Source of the DNA: an uncultured virus (IMG/VR IMGVR_UViG_3300021958_000055)
Taxonomy: Duplodnaviria > Heunggongvirae > Uroviricota > Caudoviricetes
DNA length: 64,000 nt
IMG/VR virus record: IMGVR_UViG_3300021958_000055
Strand: one strand, 5' to 3'
In this document: positions 6,890 to 16,911 of the stretch, piece after piece
Layout: each line of letters opens with the position of its first letter
Position numbering within the stretch: the first letter of the stretch is position 1
Program-made: the position numbers and the translations under genes
Notes under the pieces: model-generated
Told to the model about the DNA's origin: nothing
Databases searched by the model: none
The model's input: only the letters and a program-made list of their open reading frames with translations

Positions 6890-9124
6890 ATGGCAAAGAA
6901 AAAAATCATAGAAATTTCAGATCCTAAACTTAGAAGTATTCTAAGTGGTCAAATTAGTAATGCTCTTGGTTATTTAGGTGGAGAGTTATCTGACTCAAGA
7001 AGAAAATCTTTAGAATATTATTTAGGCGATAAACTTGGCACAGAGATTGACGGCAGATCACAAGTGGTGTCAACAGATGTTGCCGATACTATTGAATCCC
7101 TTTTGCCGAACCTACTTAGAGTTTTTACAGCGTCTGACAAAGTGGTAAGATGCGAACCGGTAACAGGCGAAGATGTTCAATTAGCCGATCAAGCCACAGC
7201 ATATTTAAATCATGTTTTCTACAAAGAAAATCCAGGCTTTCAATTATTATATAATTTTTTTAAAGATGCCTTAATTGAAAAAAATGGTTTCTTAAAAGTT
7301 TATTTTGATGAGCTAGAAAGAGTAGAACATGAAACTTATAAAAATTTAACTCAAGCTGAGAAAGAAGCTCTACTAGATACTAAAGATGATATTGAAGTTG
7401 TAGAAGAAGAAGAGATTGAAGATACAGTAGCAGCCGAACAAATTGAAATGGCGAAAGAACAAGCTGAAGATCAAGGCTTAGATATATCACAAGTAGAATT
7501 TCCAAAACCTATTTTATATAATTGTAAAATTAAAAGAATATCTAAAACAGGAAAAGTTAAAATTGAATCCATACCACCTGAAGAATTTTTAATTAATCGT
7601 ACAGCAAAAACGATTGATGATGCAGATTTTGTTTCTCATAAAGTTTTAATGACAAGATCGCAAATAGTTGAAATGGGTTTTCCACAAGATGAAGTAGATA
7701 GCTTACCAGCGTCTAGCATAGATATTTACAATGATGAAAAAATTGTAAGAACAAAAAATATTGATGACTATCAAATGAATACACCAACAGATAAGTCAAC
7801 AGAGAAAGTTTTAATTTATGAATCTTATATTAAATATGATTACGATGGTGATGGCATAGCAGAGTTAAGAAAGATTATATCAGCAGGTGATGATGGTTAT
7901 GCTGTGTTATCAAATGAACCCTGTGATAATATTCCATTTGTTTCTATTACGCCTATTCCAATGCCACATAGATTTTATGGCAGATCCATTTCTGAATTAG
8001 TTGAAGATATTCAATTAATGAAATCTACTGTGATGAGACAGTTATTAGATAATATGTATCTTACAAATAATAATAGAGTTGCCATTATGGATGGAATGGT
8101 AAACATGGATGATTTATTAACGACAAGACCTGGTGGTGTTGTCAGAACTAAACAACCTCCAAGTCAAGTGATGCAGCCGTTACAAGCTCAACCGATTTCA
8201 CAACAAGCGTTTCCATTATTATCTTATTTAGATTCAGTTAGAGAAGTAAGAAGTGGAGTTTCAAAACAAGCACAAGGTTTAGATCCTAATACTTTAAATG
8301 CAAAAACAGCTACAGGCGTAAATGCTTTAATGACACAAACGCAAATGCGTTCAGAATTAATTGCAAGAATATTTGCAGAAACAGGTGTTAAAGATTTATT
8401 TAATAAAGTTTTTGAACTTATGGTTAAATACCAAGACAAAGAACAAATTATAAAATTAAATAATAAATATATTCCAGTTAAACCTACAGAGTGGAAAGAT
8501 AAATTTAATATTACGATTACAGTTGGTCTAGGAACAGGTACAAAAGAACAACAAGCAGTAATGTTAAACGGAATTTTAGAAAGACAAATCCAAGCATTTC
8601 AACTTCAAGGCGGTAGAGAACTACCAATGGTTAATTTAAAAAATATTTACAACACATTATCTAAAATTGTGGAGAATACAGGTCTTAAAAATGTTGATGC
8701 GTACTTTGTAAATCCTGATATGGGTAAACAAATGATGACACCACCACCTCCTCCACCATTAACACCAATAGAAAAAATAGAATTTACTAGAATTGCAAGT
8801 GAAGAGAAAAGAAAAATTGCAGATTTAGAACTTCAAAGCAGAGAATTACAACAAAAACAACAAGAAATGTTATTAGACTTTGAAGCGAAGCTAAAAGAAA
8901 TATCATTAAAATACAATACACAGTTAGATACGGCAAAAATTAAAGCTGATGCTGATTTAGACAAAGTTATGATGGCAGGAAATAGCAAGATACTTGAACA
9001 AGCACAAAAATCTGCTAATATGCTTAACCAACAGGTACAAGGATTAAATGGAAACCAAAGACCAGGCGAAGAGATCCCTAGAAATAGGCAGATCCAACCA
9101 GGCGAAACAGATTTTACAGAGTAA
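6890..9124 (+). CDS. portal protein, phage A
   Basis: 744 aa directly after TerL; paralogous to 45520..47670. Confidence 0.88.
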   Translation: MAKKKIIEISDPKLRSILSGQISNALGYLGGELSDSRRKSLEYYLGDKLGTEIDGRSQVVSTDVADTIESLLPNLLRVFTASDKVVRCEPVTGEDVQLADQATAYLNHVFYKENPGFQLLYNFFKDALIEKNGFLKVYFDELERVEHETYKNLTQAEKEALLDTKDDIEVVEEEEIEDTVAAEQIEMAKEQAEDQGLDISQVEFPKPILYNCKIKRISKTGKVKIESIPPEEFLINRTAKTIDDADFVSHKVLMTRSQIVEMGFPQDEVDSLPASSIDIYNDEKIVRTKNIDDYQMNTPTDKSTEKVLIYESYIKYDYDGDGIAELRKIISAGDDGYAVLSNEPCDNIPFVSITPIPMPHRFYGRSISELVEDIQLMKSTVMRQLLDNMYLTNNNRVAIMDGMVNMDDLLTTRPGGVVRTKQPPSQVMQPLQAQPISQQAFPLLSYLDSVREVRSGVSKQAQGLDPNTLNAKTATGVNALMTQTQMRSELIARIFAETGVKDLFNKVFELMVKYQDKEQIIKLNNKYIPVKPTEWKDKFNITITVGLGTGTKEQQAVMLNGILERQIQAFQLQGGRELPMVNLKNIYNTLSKIVENTGLKNVDAYFVNPDMGKQMMTPPPPPPLTPIEKIEFTRIASEEKRKIADLELQSRELQQKQQEMLLDFEAKLKEISLKYNTQLDTAKIKADADLDKVMMAGNSKILEQAQKSANMLNQQVQGLNGNQRPGEEIPRNRQIQPGETDFTE

Positions 9125-9344
9125 AATTTTTCAAGAGTCCATAGAAACTCTTAAAAAAATTTATTCTGAAGCACTTTTAGAAAAAACAGGTGCTAAAGAG
9201 AGTGATACCAGAGAAAAACTTTGGATTGCTTATAATGTTGTAGGAAAAGTTGAACAACATTTACAAAGTATTCTTGAAACAGGAAAATTAGCTGAAAAAC
9301 AATTAGAAATTTTCCGAAAACAACAACAAGAAAAAAAATTCTAA
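9048..9344 (+). CDS. conserved small protein between portal and scaffold
   Basis: homologous to 47585..47854 (LW.AYN.V.K...HL.S....GKLA). Confidence 0.75.
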   Translation: METKDQAKRSLEIGRSNQAKQILQSKIFQESIETLKKIYSEALLEKTGAKESDTREKLWIAYNVVGKVEQHLQSILETGKLAEKQLEIFRKQQQEKKF

Positions 9345-9356
9345 CGTCAGTTAGAA

Positions 9357-9382
9357 TAAGCCAAGTCAATTAAGACAGCTTA
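9357..9382 (+). promoter_or_regulatory. conserved RNA hairpin in the scaffold 5' UTR, phage A
   Basis: TAAGC-CAA-GTC-AATTAA-GAC-A-GCTTA; same fold with covariation at 47868-47891. Confidence 0.7.
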
Positions 9383-9398
9383 ACAACAGGAGGACTTA

Positions 9399-10403
9399 AT
9401 GTCTGACAAAAACCCATTACTGAATAGTAATTCAGTACAAGGTGCAGCAAGTTCGATTGAGGGATTAATAGACCCAAAGACGGCAACTATCAAACCTCAA
9501 GAGAAAGCAGCACCAGTTGAACAGAAAGAACCAGAAGAAGCGAAAGCAACTGAAGATAATCAAGAAGTTCAACAACAACCTGAAGAAAATCTTGAAAATA
9601 AAATTCAAGAAACTTTAGATGAAGAAGAAGCATCAGAAGACAATGCTGAAAGACAACAAACAACCGATTACCACCAAGTTAAAGTTAATGGTGAAGTAAT
9701 TGAAGTTGACCTTGAAGAATTAAAAGCAGGTTATCAGAAGGATGCAGACTATAGACGGAAAACAGAAGAAGTAGCTTTAGAGAAAAGAGAGTTATTAACT
9801 GAAAAAGACCGGCTAGCTAAGCAATATTCAACTAAGCTGGATGATTTAAATTCGCTTGTGTTGACTTTGAACGCTGAAGTAAACAACGATGTAAATGCCA
9901 AAGAACTAGATAGACTTTGGGATGAAGATCCAACTGAAGCTGCTAAGATTGATCGTAAAATCAGAAGAAGGAGAGAAACACTTTCTCAAGCTCAGAAGAA
10001 ATTAAGAGATCATCAACAAGCACAGTTTCAGGAAGTTCTAAAAGAGGAGCAAAAAAAGGTAACTATGAAGTTCCCTGAATTGCAAGATCCTGTAAAAGGA
10101 AACTCTCTAAGAACAGGCATGGTGAATTATTTATTGAAAAAAGGATTCTCTGAAAAAGATGTGTCCTCAGTTTATGATTCAAGAATGTTTGATGTGATCG
10201 TAGATGGAATGAAATATCAAGATAACAAAAAGTTGAAACCAACTTTAGTTAATAAGAAAGTCAAACCATCAAGAGTTGTTAGATCAGGTGTCAAAACAAC
10301 AAAAGCAGATGAGAATAGTCAGAATAGGTTGAATAGAATCAAAACGCTGAAGAAGTCAGGAAATCCAAAAGATGCAACTGATTTATTGATGCGTTATTTA
10401 TAA
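9399..10403 (+). CDS. capsid scaffolding protein, phage A
   Basis: acidic N-terminus, VKVNGE..EV.LEEL..GY....DY.RKT, coiled coil; precedes the capsid gene. Confidence 0.85.
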   Translation: MSDKNPLLNSNSVQGAASSIEGLIDPKTATIKPQEKAAPVEQKEPEEAKATEDNQEVQQQPEENLENKIQETLDEEEASEDNAERQQTTDYHQVKVNGEVIEVDLEELKAGYQKDADYRRKTEEVALEKRELLTEKDRLAKQYSTKLDDLNSLVLTLNAEVNNDVNAKELDRLWDEDPTEAAKIDRKIRRRRETLSQAQKKLRDHQQAQFQEVLKEEQKKVTMKFPELQDPVKGNSLRTGMVNYLLKKGFSEKDVSSVYDSRMFDVIVDGMKYQDNKKLKPTLVNKKVKPSRVVRSGVKTTKADENSQNRLNRIKTLKKSGNPKDATDLLMRYL

Positions 10404-10428
10404 ACTAATAACCTAACGGAGAAATACA

Positions 10429-11379
10429 ATGGCTGTATATCAAACATACCAAACAGTCGGAATAAGAGAAGACCTAGCGGACATTATTTATTCAATAAGT
10501 CCAACAGAAACTCCTTTTATGTCTGGCGTAGCTAAAACAAAAGCTACAAATACATCTCACCAATGGCAAACAGATGCTTTGGCTGATGTAGCAGCAAATG
10601 CTGCAGTAGAAGGTGCTGCAATAAGTTACCCATCTTTATCAGCAACAACTAAACTAACTAACTACACTCAAATATCTACAAAAGCGGTGCAAGTTTCAGG
10701 AACTAACGAAGCTGTAACTTCTGCTGGTAGAGCAAATGAGTTAGCTTACCAAGTAGCAAAATCTGCGAAAGAATTAAAAAGAGATATGGAAACAGCTCTT
10801 TTATCTAACGTAGCTGCTGCGGCTGGAGACGCTACAACTGCAAGAAAATTAGGCGGAGTTCAAACATGGATTTCATCTAACGTAGATGCAGGTTCTGGCG
10901 GATCTGGTGCTGGTGCTGGAGCTATCAGAACAGATGGAACGCAAAGAGCTTTCACAGAAGACCAATTAAAAGGTGTTCTAAGAAGCTGTTTTAACGAAGG
11001 CGGAAATCCAAACATGATTATGGTTGGTGCTTTCAATAAACAAAAACTATCTGGCTTCACAGGCGGATCAACTAGATTTGACCAAGCTGAAGACAGAAGA
11101 TTAGTTACTTCTATTGATGTATATGAAAGTGACTTCGGAACTTTATCCGTAGCACCTAATAGATTCATTAGAGGAGCTAACGCAACTGCTGCAAAAGTAG
11201 GTCAAGATGCTCTAGTATTAGAGATGGATATGTTTGCAGTATCTTTCTTAAGAGATTTCTCTCTACAGAATCCTGCTCAGACTGCTGATGCAGACCAAAG
11301 ATTCTTAGTAGCTGAATATACTCTTGAGTCAAGAAACGAACAAGCAAGTGGTGCTGTTTACGATTTAACAACATCATAA
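10429..11379 (+). CDS. major capsid protein, phage A
   Basis: G.REDL.D.IY.ISPTETPF ... HQWQTD ... N.TQI ... ELKRD.E pattern; position after scaffold. Confidence 0.92.
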   Translation: MAVYQTYQTVGIREDLADIIYSISPTETPFMSGVAKTKATNTSHQWQTDALADVAANAAVEGAAISYPSLSATTKLTNYTQISTKAVQVSGTNEAVTSAGRANELAYQVAKSAKELKRDMETALLSNVAAAAGDATTARKLGGVQTWISSNVDAGSGGSGAGAGAIRTDGTQRAFTEDQLKGVLRSCFNEGGNPNMIMVGAFNKQKLSGFTGGSTRFDQAEDRRLVTSIDVYESDFGTLSVAPNRFIRGANATAAKVGQDALVLEMDMFAVSFLRDFSLQNPAQTADADQRFLVAEYTLESRNEQASGAVYDLTTS

Positions 11380-11386
11380 TCTAATT

Positions 11387-11470
11387 GTGATTGGGGATGT
11401 AACCCTTAAAAACTACATCCCCATCACTTAACCCATGTTGAAGTCTTAGTAAGGTTATAGACGGAACGAC
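11387..11470 (+). ncRNA. two-hairpin kissing-loop RNA downstream of the capsid gene, phage A
   Basis: P1 11387-11427, P2 11437-11470, loop-loop CCTTA/TAAGG; covaries with 49869-49954. Confidence 0.75.
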
Positions 11471-11485
11471 AAACGGAGAAAAAAA

Positions 11486-11833
11486 ATGAGAACATTAAAC
11501 GATTATTTTATAACTGCTGAAATTGAAGATATTAGTACAGCTTCATCTACATTTGTTGCAGTACCTGATGGCGGAAAAGTAATAAAAATTATTACTGCTT
11601 TACAAGGTGCAATAACAGGTGATGATGCTGCATTAACTTTTGAAATCGGTGGAACTGCTATGACTAATGGCGGAATAACAGTTGCTTATGATGGTTCAGC
11701 TGCTGGAGATGTAGATACATCTGCACCGACTGCTGCTAACAGAGTAGAAGAAAATGGCACAATAGAGATGATTACCGATGGTGGATCTACTGGTGCTAAT
11801 AAATTACTTGTGACATTTGTTATAAGAAGATAA
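11486..11833 (+). CDS. putative minor capsid/decoration protein
   Basis: 115 aa, beta-rich, follows the capsid gene; paralog at 49968. Confidence 0.6.
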   Translation: MRTLNDYFITAEIEDISTASSTFVAVPDGGKVIKIITALQGAITGDDAALTFEIGGTAMTNGGITVAYDGSAAGDVDTSAPTAANRVEENGTIEMITDGGSTGANKLLVTFVIRR

Positions 11834-11840
11834 ATATAAA

Positions 11841-11872
11841 TTGGGGGTTCAGCCTAGCGGAAGTTCCCCCAA
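11841..11872 (+). terminator. GC-rich hairpin (terminator/attenuator-like)
   Basis: TTGGGGG...CCCCCAA; equivalent GGGGGTG-GCAA-CACCCCC hairpin at ~50323-50340; no U-tract. Confidence 0.4.
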
Positions 11873-11891
11873 AACTAAATAGGAGAATAAT

Positions 11892-12167
11892 ATGAGTTTT
11901 AATTATGGATTAAGACCTGGAACAACACAAAAAGTATCACCATCTGGTTCATCTGCTGCAACAGCAACAGCTTTCGGTTCACAAACTGAATACGTTAGAG
12001 TAGCTGCTGATGCTGATGTACATATTGTCTTTGGTGGATCACCAACTGCAACAGCTAACGATATATTTTTACCAGTAGATCAACCTGAAATATTTAAGGT
12101 ATCACCTGGTGAGAAAATGGCTGCTATTGGTACAGCAAATGTTTCAGTTACTGAAATGAGTGCATAG
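11892..12167 (+). CDS. putative virion structural protein
   Basis: paralog at 50358..50624. Confidence 0.65.
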   Translation: MSFNYGLRPGTTQKVSPSGSSAATATAFGSQTEYVRVAADADVHIVFGGSPTATANDIFLPVDQPEIFKVSPGEKMAAIGTANVSVTEMSA

Positions 12168-12298
12168 TGGCTAAGAAAAAAGGTTTATTTGGAGTTAATA
12201 ATTACGTTAAAGCCAAGCCTAGAAAAAGACCTGGTCGTCATGCTAAAAGTTACAGTAAAAGAATACCAGGTAGAAAAAAAAATAGAGGTCAAGGATGA
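12167..12298 (+). CDS. 43-aa highly basic peptide (not in the ORF track)
   Basis: GTG start; KPRKRPGRHAKSYSKRIP..K..RGQG, homologous to 42570..42704. Confidence 0.75.
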   Translation: MAKKKGLFGVNNYVKAKPRKRPGRHAKSYSKRIPGRKKNRGQG

Positions 12299-12630
12299 AA
12301 GATATTCAGTTAGACGGCTTAAAAAAAACAACTTTTTCAACTGACGAAAAAGAAAAAAAGATTGTTATAAAGCATGAAGTAAATATAGACCCACATTTAA
12401 AACACAATAAAAGACTTTTAAATGATGGAGATGGTTATTCAAAATCAAGAGATTTGAAAAGAGTAGCTTCTATTCCAACAATAGCTTTAGAAGTCTGGGC
12501 AAAAGAATATGACCCACATAGCGATGGTAATTGGTTTGCTTTACCAAAAGAAGTACAAAGTAAAATATTAAAACTCAAATTGAACAGTAATGAGTTTAAG
12601 TATTTTAGAACAGCAGAAGGAAGAATTTAA
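12295..12630 (+). CDS. conserved hypothetical protein (RVASIP family)
   Basis: paralog at 50624..50950. Confidence 0.75.
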   Translation: MKDIQLDGLKKTTFSTDEKEKKIVIKHEVNIDPHLKHNKRLLNDGDGYSKSRDLKRVASIPTIALEVWAKEYDPHSDGNWFALPKEVQSKILKLKLNSNEFKYFRTAEGRI

Positions 12631-13307
12631 TGGCATTATCAAATTATTCAGAATTACAATCATCAGTAGCTAATTGGTTAAACCGATCTGATTTAACAAC
12701 TGAGATTACAGGAGATTTTATTGTTTTAACTGAAAAAGATTTCAATTCTAAATTAAGAATTAGAAAAATGGTTGAATCTGATAGTTCATTTTCAATTAAT
12801 GCAGAAACAGTTGCTCTACCTTCAGGATTTTTACAAGTTAGAGATTTGTTTATTTTAAGTGGCGGAACTAAATATGCTTTGACATATATGACACCACCAC
12901 AAATGGATCAGATTAAAGGTTCTTCTACAAGTGGTATGCCAGTAGCTTATACTATTATAGGAGATAATTTTAGATTTGCTCCTACACCTGATACAACATA
13001 CACAGGTACATTAAATTATTACAAATCATTTGATGCTTTATCAGATTCAAATACAACAAATTATATTTTAACTAATCATCCTGCTATATATTTATATGGT
13101 TCACTATATCATGCTGCTAATTTTTTAGGTGGTGTTGAACCTGCAAGATTACAACAATGGCAAGGTATGTACACAACAGCTCTTGAAAGATTAGAAAGAA
13201 ACGATAGAGAAGATCAATTTAGTGGTTCTCCATTACAAATTAGATCAGATGTAACTGTAGCTAGTTCTTTTCAAGATACAACTAAAGTAACAAATAATAA
13301 TACATAG
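12630..13307 (+). CDS. head-tail adaptor / tail tubular protein A-like
   Basis: MALSNYSELQ.SVA.WLNR.DL ... YLYGSL; synteny; paralog at 50950. Confidence 0.7.
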   Translation: MALSNYSELQSSVANWLNRSDLTTEITGDFIVLTEKDFNSKLRIRKMVESDSSFSINAETVALPSGFLQVRDLFILSGGTKYALTYMTPPQMDQIKGSSTSGMPVAYTIIGDNFRFAPTPDTTYTGTLNYYKSFDALSDSNTTNYILTNHPAIYLYGSLYHAANFLGGVEPARLQQWQGMYTTALERLERNDREDQFSGSPLQIRSDVTVASSFQDTTKVTNNNT

Positions 13308-13314
13308 GAAAAAA

Positions 13315-14781
13315 ATGCAATTACCTTTTGGCGAATGGCTACCGGATCAACCTGAATATTTAAATCCTGGTGCTACTACAGCAAACAATGTTTATTATGC
13401 ACAAAATTCTTATAAAAGATTTCCTTCATTAGTAAATTATTCTACAAACAATATTGCTGCAGATAGCAGAGGTGCTGGTTCATTTAGAGATAATTCAGGT
13501 AATGTATTTAACTTTGTTGCAAAAAACACAGACATTTATCAATTAGATGGCGGAACATTTACCTCAAGAAAAGGATCTCTTACAGGCACAAATACAGACT
13601 ACTGGACATTCACACAATTTGGTAATTACATCATAGCAAGTAATGGTGTTGATGCACCTCAATATTATTTAATGGGTACATCAACTAATTTTGCTAATCT
13701 TTCAGCAATAGCAACATCAGGAAGTGTACCAACATTTAGAGTTTCAGGTGTGGTTAGAGATTTTTTAATAACAGGTAATCAACCTACAAATCAAAATAGA
13801 ATACAATGGTCAGGTATTAATGATATTGCTACTTGGGAATCAGGAACTAAACAAGCTGATCAACAAGATCTTCCAGGATCAGGTGGTGAAATTGTTCACA
13901 TAACTTCAGGTGAGATTGGTTATGTATTTAGACAAAATCAAATCATTCGTATGGACTATGTGGGTGGTGCAACAATATTTAGACTGTCAGTTATATCTCC
14001 AAACAGAGGTGCTGTTTATGGAAGAACAGTTTGCCAAGATAATAGAAGAGTATTTTTCTATGCTGATGATGGTTTCTTTGAAATCAATGGTGATAATGTT
14101 ATTGCGATAGGTGCTGAGAAAATAAACAGATTCTTTGATGTAGATTTAAACAAAGCCTTTTCTGATAGAATATGTGCTGCTGTAGATCCATTTAACCAAT
14201 TAGCTTTATGGTTATATCCTTCAGCATCTAATACATCTAATACTACAGGTATTTGCGATAAAATATTAATCTATAATTATGCTACACAAAAATGGTCAAC
14301 GGCTGATGCTAGTGCTAGTACCATATTTTCACAGTTCGTAGGTGCATATACTGTAGAACTTATGGATATTATCTCAGAAAATTTAGACCAAATAAATATA
14401 GCTTTAGACACAGATTTTTGGAGTGGAGGTCAAAGATATTTAGGAGCTATAGATAATAATTATAAAGCGGCTATATTTTCAGGAACAGAAAATGAAGGAA
14501 CTATAGAAACTAGAGAATTAGAGTTGTTTCCAGGACATAGAAGTAGTATAACGAATATAAGACCAATAGTTGATGCTACTGCAACTGTAATAATTAAAAG
14601 TAAAGAAAAACTATCTGATACTGAAACAGTTTCAACATCTTCAAGCATGGTAACAAGTGGTGATAATCCAGTAAGACAATCTGGTAGGTATTTTAGAATA
14701 CAAGTTACTACACCAAGCGGAACAGCTTGGACTCATGCACAAGGAGTTGATTTAAAAGCATCAAGAATAGGTTTAAGATGA
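13315..14781 (+). CDS. tail nozzle / DNA stabilisation protein (P22 gp10-like position)
   Basis: 488 aa, beta-rich, after the adaptor; paralog at 51615. Confidence 0.65.
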   Translation: MQLPFGEWLPDQPEYLNPGATTANNVYYAQNSYKRFPSLVNYSTNNIAADSRGAGSFRDNSGNVFNFVAKNTDIYQLDGGTFTSRKGSLTGTNTDYWTFTQFGNYIIASNGVDAPQYYLMGTSTNFANLSAIATSGSVPTFRVSGVVRDFLITGNQPTNQNRIQWSGINDIATWESGTKQADQQDLPGSGGEIVHITSGEIGYVFRQNQIIRMDYVGGATIFRLSVISPNRGAVYGRTVCQDNRRVFFYADDGFFEINGDNVIAIGAEKINRFFDVDLNKAFSDRICAAVDPFNQLALWLYPSASNTSNTTGICDKILIYNYATQKWSTADASASTIFSQFVGAYTVELMDIISENLDQINIALDTDFWSGGQRYLGAIDNNYKAAIFSGTENEGTIETRELELFPGHRSSITNIRPIVDATATVIIKSKEKLSDTETVSTSSSMVTSGDNPVRQSGRYFRIQVTTPSGTAWTHAQGVDLKASRIGLR

Positions 14782-14927
14782 CGGACAAAACTGATATAGA
14801 TAATGTTAGATATAGTTTTGAAACTCAAGAGTTTTTTCAAAGACAAATTGAAGAAGCAATAAACACATTAATTAACGAAAAGAACAAAGAAAATAATAAA
14901 GTCTTTGCATGGTTTATAGGAGATTAA
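14778..14927 (+). CDS. 49-aa conserved protein (not in the ORF track)
   Basis: MTDKTDIDNVRYSFETQEFFQRQIEEAIN..., homologous to 53160..53309. Confidence 0.75.
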   Translation: MTDKTDIDNVRYSFETQEFFQRQIEEAINTLINEKNKENNKVFAWFIGD

Positions 14928-16559
14928 ATGCCAACTAATATTAAAGATTATTCAACAACCCAAGCAAGCAACACATCACTAAATAGTATTTCAGTAGCAG
15001 AAGGAATGTTACCTTCTAATCTTAACAATGCCATTAGAGCATTGATGAAGAACACTAGAGATTGGTTCAATGATGCACAATGGATTGAGTATGGAGATGG
15101 TGATGCTACATACACAGCAGCTTATGTAAGTGGAACTTCATTTACAATTAATGGTGCAGATGTTACTTCAATTTATCATGCAGGTAGAAGAATTAAAATT
15201 ACAGATACAGCTGCAACACTTTACGGAACTATTGCTAGTTCATCATTTTCTACAAACACAACAGTTACTGTAACTTGGGATGCAGGTTCTTTAACATCAG
15301 GTGCATTAAATAATGTTTACATTGGTGCATTATCAAAAACAAATGATTCTATTCCGACAGGAATATCTGCTGAAAAAATTGCAAACGGAACTATATCAGA
15401 TACAGAGTTTCAATATTTAAATGGAGTAACATCAGCAATACAAACTCAATTAGATGCAAAAGCAGGAGCTATAACTGGTGGTGCATCAACAATAGCTACA
15501 TCAGACTTAACTGCATCAAGAGCTTTAGTTTCAAATTCATCAGGCAAAGTTGCAGTATCATCTGTAACATCAACTGAACTTGGTTATGTTTCAGGTGTTT
15601 CTTCTGCAATACAAACACAGTTAGATGCAAAAAATGTAAAAGCAAATAACTTAAGTGATGTTGCTTCAGCTTCAACAGCAAGAACAAACTTAGGTTTAGC
15701 TATAGGAAGTGATGTTCAAGCATATGATGCACAGTTAGCTGATATTGCAGGATTAACTCCAACAGACAGTAATTTTATTGTAGGAGATGGATCTAATTTT
15801 ACAACAGAAACTGGAGCAACTGCTAGAACTTCTTTAGGACTTGGAACGATTGCAACTCAAGATGCTAATAGTGTTGCTATAACAGGTGGATCAGTAACAG
15901 GTATGTCTGCACCTTCATCAGCATCAGATGTAACAACAAAAAGTTATGTAGATGATTTAGTTGCAGGACTTAAAACTAGAATTATTACAAGAGTAGCAAC
16001 AACAGCAAACGTAAACTTATCAAATGCTTTAGAAAATGGTGATACTTTAGATGGAATTTCACTAGCAACAGGTAATAAAGTTTTAGTTAAAAATCAAACA
16101 GATGCTACAGAAAATGGTATTTATTTAGTTCCAGCAAGTGGTGCAGCAAGTAGAGATCCAGATTTTAATACAGTAGATGAATTAGCTGGTCAGCTTGTTA
16201 TCATACAAGAAGGAACAACAAACGAAGATACAATATTTTTATGTACAACAGATACTGGTGGTAGCATTGGTAGTGTAAATATTACATTTACACAAGTACA
16301 ACCTCAGTTTACTGGAACAGTAAGTTCAGTAGCTGTAGCAGACGCAGGATCATCAGAATTTACAGTAACAGGTTCTCCAATAACTACATCAGGAACAATT
16401 AATTTAGCAGTTAATAGTATATCAGCAGCTAAAATTGGTAATGGAGACGTAGATAATACAGAATTAAGTTATGTAAATGGAGTAACTTCAGCAATACAAA
16501 CACAAATAGATAATAAAGCTGGAGCAGGATTTGCGATTGCAATGGCGATAGCATTATAA
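14928..16559 (+). CDS. tail fibre protein
   Basis: T/S/A/G-rich; three TE..Y..GV.SAIQTQ.D.K repeats; ARTNLGL motifs. Confidence 0.75.
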   Translation: MPTNIKDYSTTQASNTSLNSISVAEGMLPSNLNNAIRALMKNTRDWFNDAQWIEYGDGDATYTAAYVSGTSFTINGADVTSIYHAGRRIKITDTAATLYGTIASSSFSTNTTVTVTWDAGSLTSGALNNVYIGALSKTNDSIPTGISAEKIANGTISDTEFQYLNGVTSAIQTQLDAKAGAITGGASTIATSDLTASRALVSNSSGKVAVSSVTSTELGYVSGVSSAIQTQLDAKNVKANNLSDVASASTARTNLGLAIGSDVQAYDAQLADIAGLTPTDSNFIVGDGSNFTTETGATARTSLGLGTIATQDANSVAITGGSVTGMSAPSSASDVTTKSYVDDLVAGLKTRIITRVATTANVNLSNALENGDTLDGISLATGNKVLVKNQTDATENGIYLVPASGAASRDPDFNTVDELAGQLVIIQEGTTNEDTIFLCTTDTGGSIGSVNITFTQVQPQFTGTVSSVAVADAGSSEFTVTGSPITTSGTINLAVNSISAAKIGNGDVDNTELSYVNGVTSAIQTQIDNKAGAGFAIAMAIAL

Positions 16560-16572
16560 TAAAAGGAGTAAT

Positions 16573-16899
16573 ATGGCACAAAACTTTAGACGATACACAA
16601 GCAATGATGTAGGAGCATCAGCTGCAACATTATTCACAGCAAACAGTTATGATACTGTTGTTGGAATATCTGTAGCAAATGTAACAGCATCAGCAGTGAA
16701 CGCATCTGTTTACATTAATGATGCATCAAATGATATTTATCTTATCAAAGATGCACCTATACCTGCTGGTTCAGCTTTACAAGTATTAGATGGTGGAGCT
16801 AAATTTGTAGTTCAATCAGGTGATGCTTTAAAAGTTGTTTCTGATACAGCATCTTCATTAGATGTTTGGGTATCAACAGTAGACGATATTAGTTCATAA
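16573..16899 (+). CDS. tail-associated structural protein
   Basis: 108 aa, identical to 54956..55282. Confidence 0.7.
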   Translation: MAQNFRRYTSNDVGASAATLFTANSYDTVVGISVANVTASAVNASVYINDASNDIYLIKDAPIPAGSALQVLDGGAKFVVQSGDALKVVSDTASSLDVWVSTVDDISS

Positions 16900-16911
16900 G
16901 GAGAATAACAA

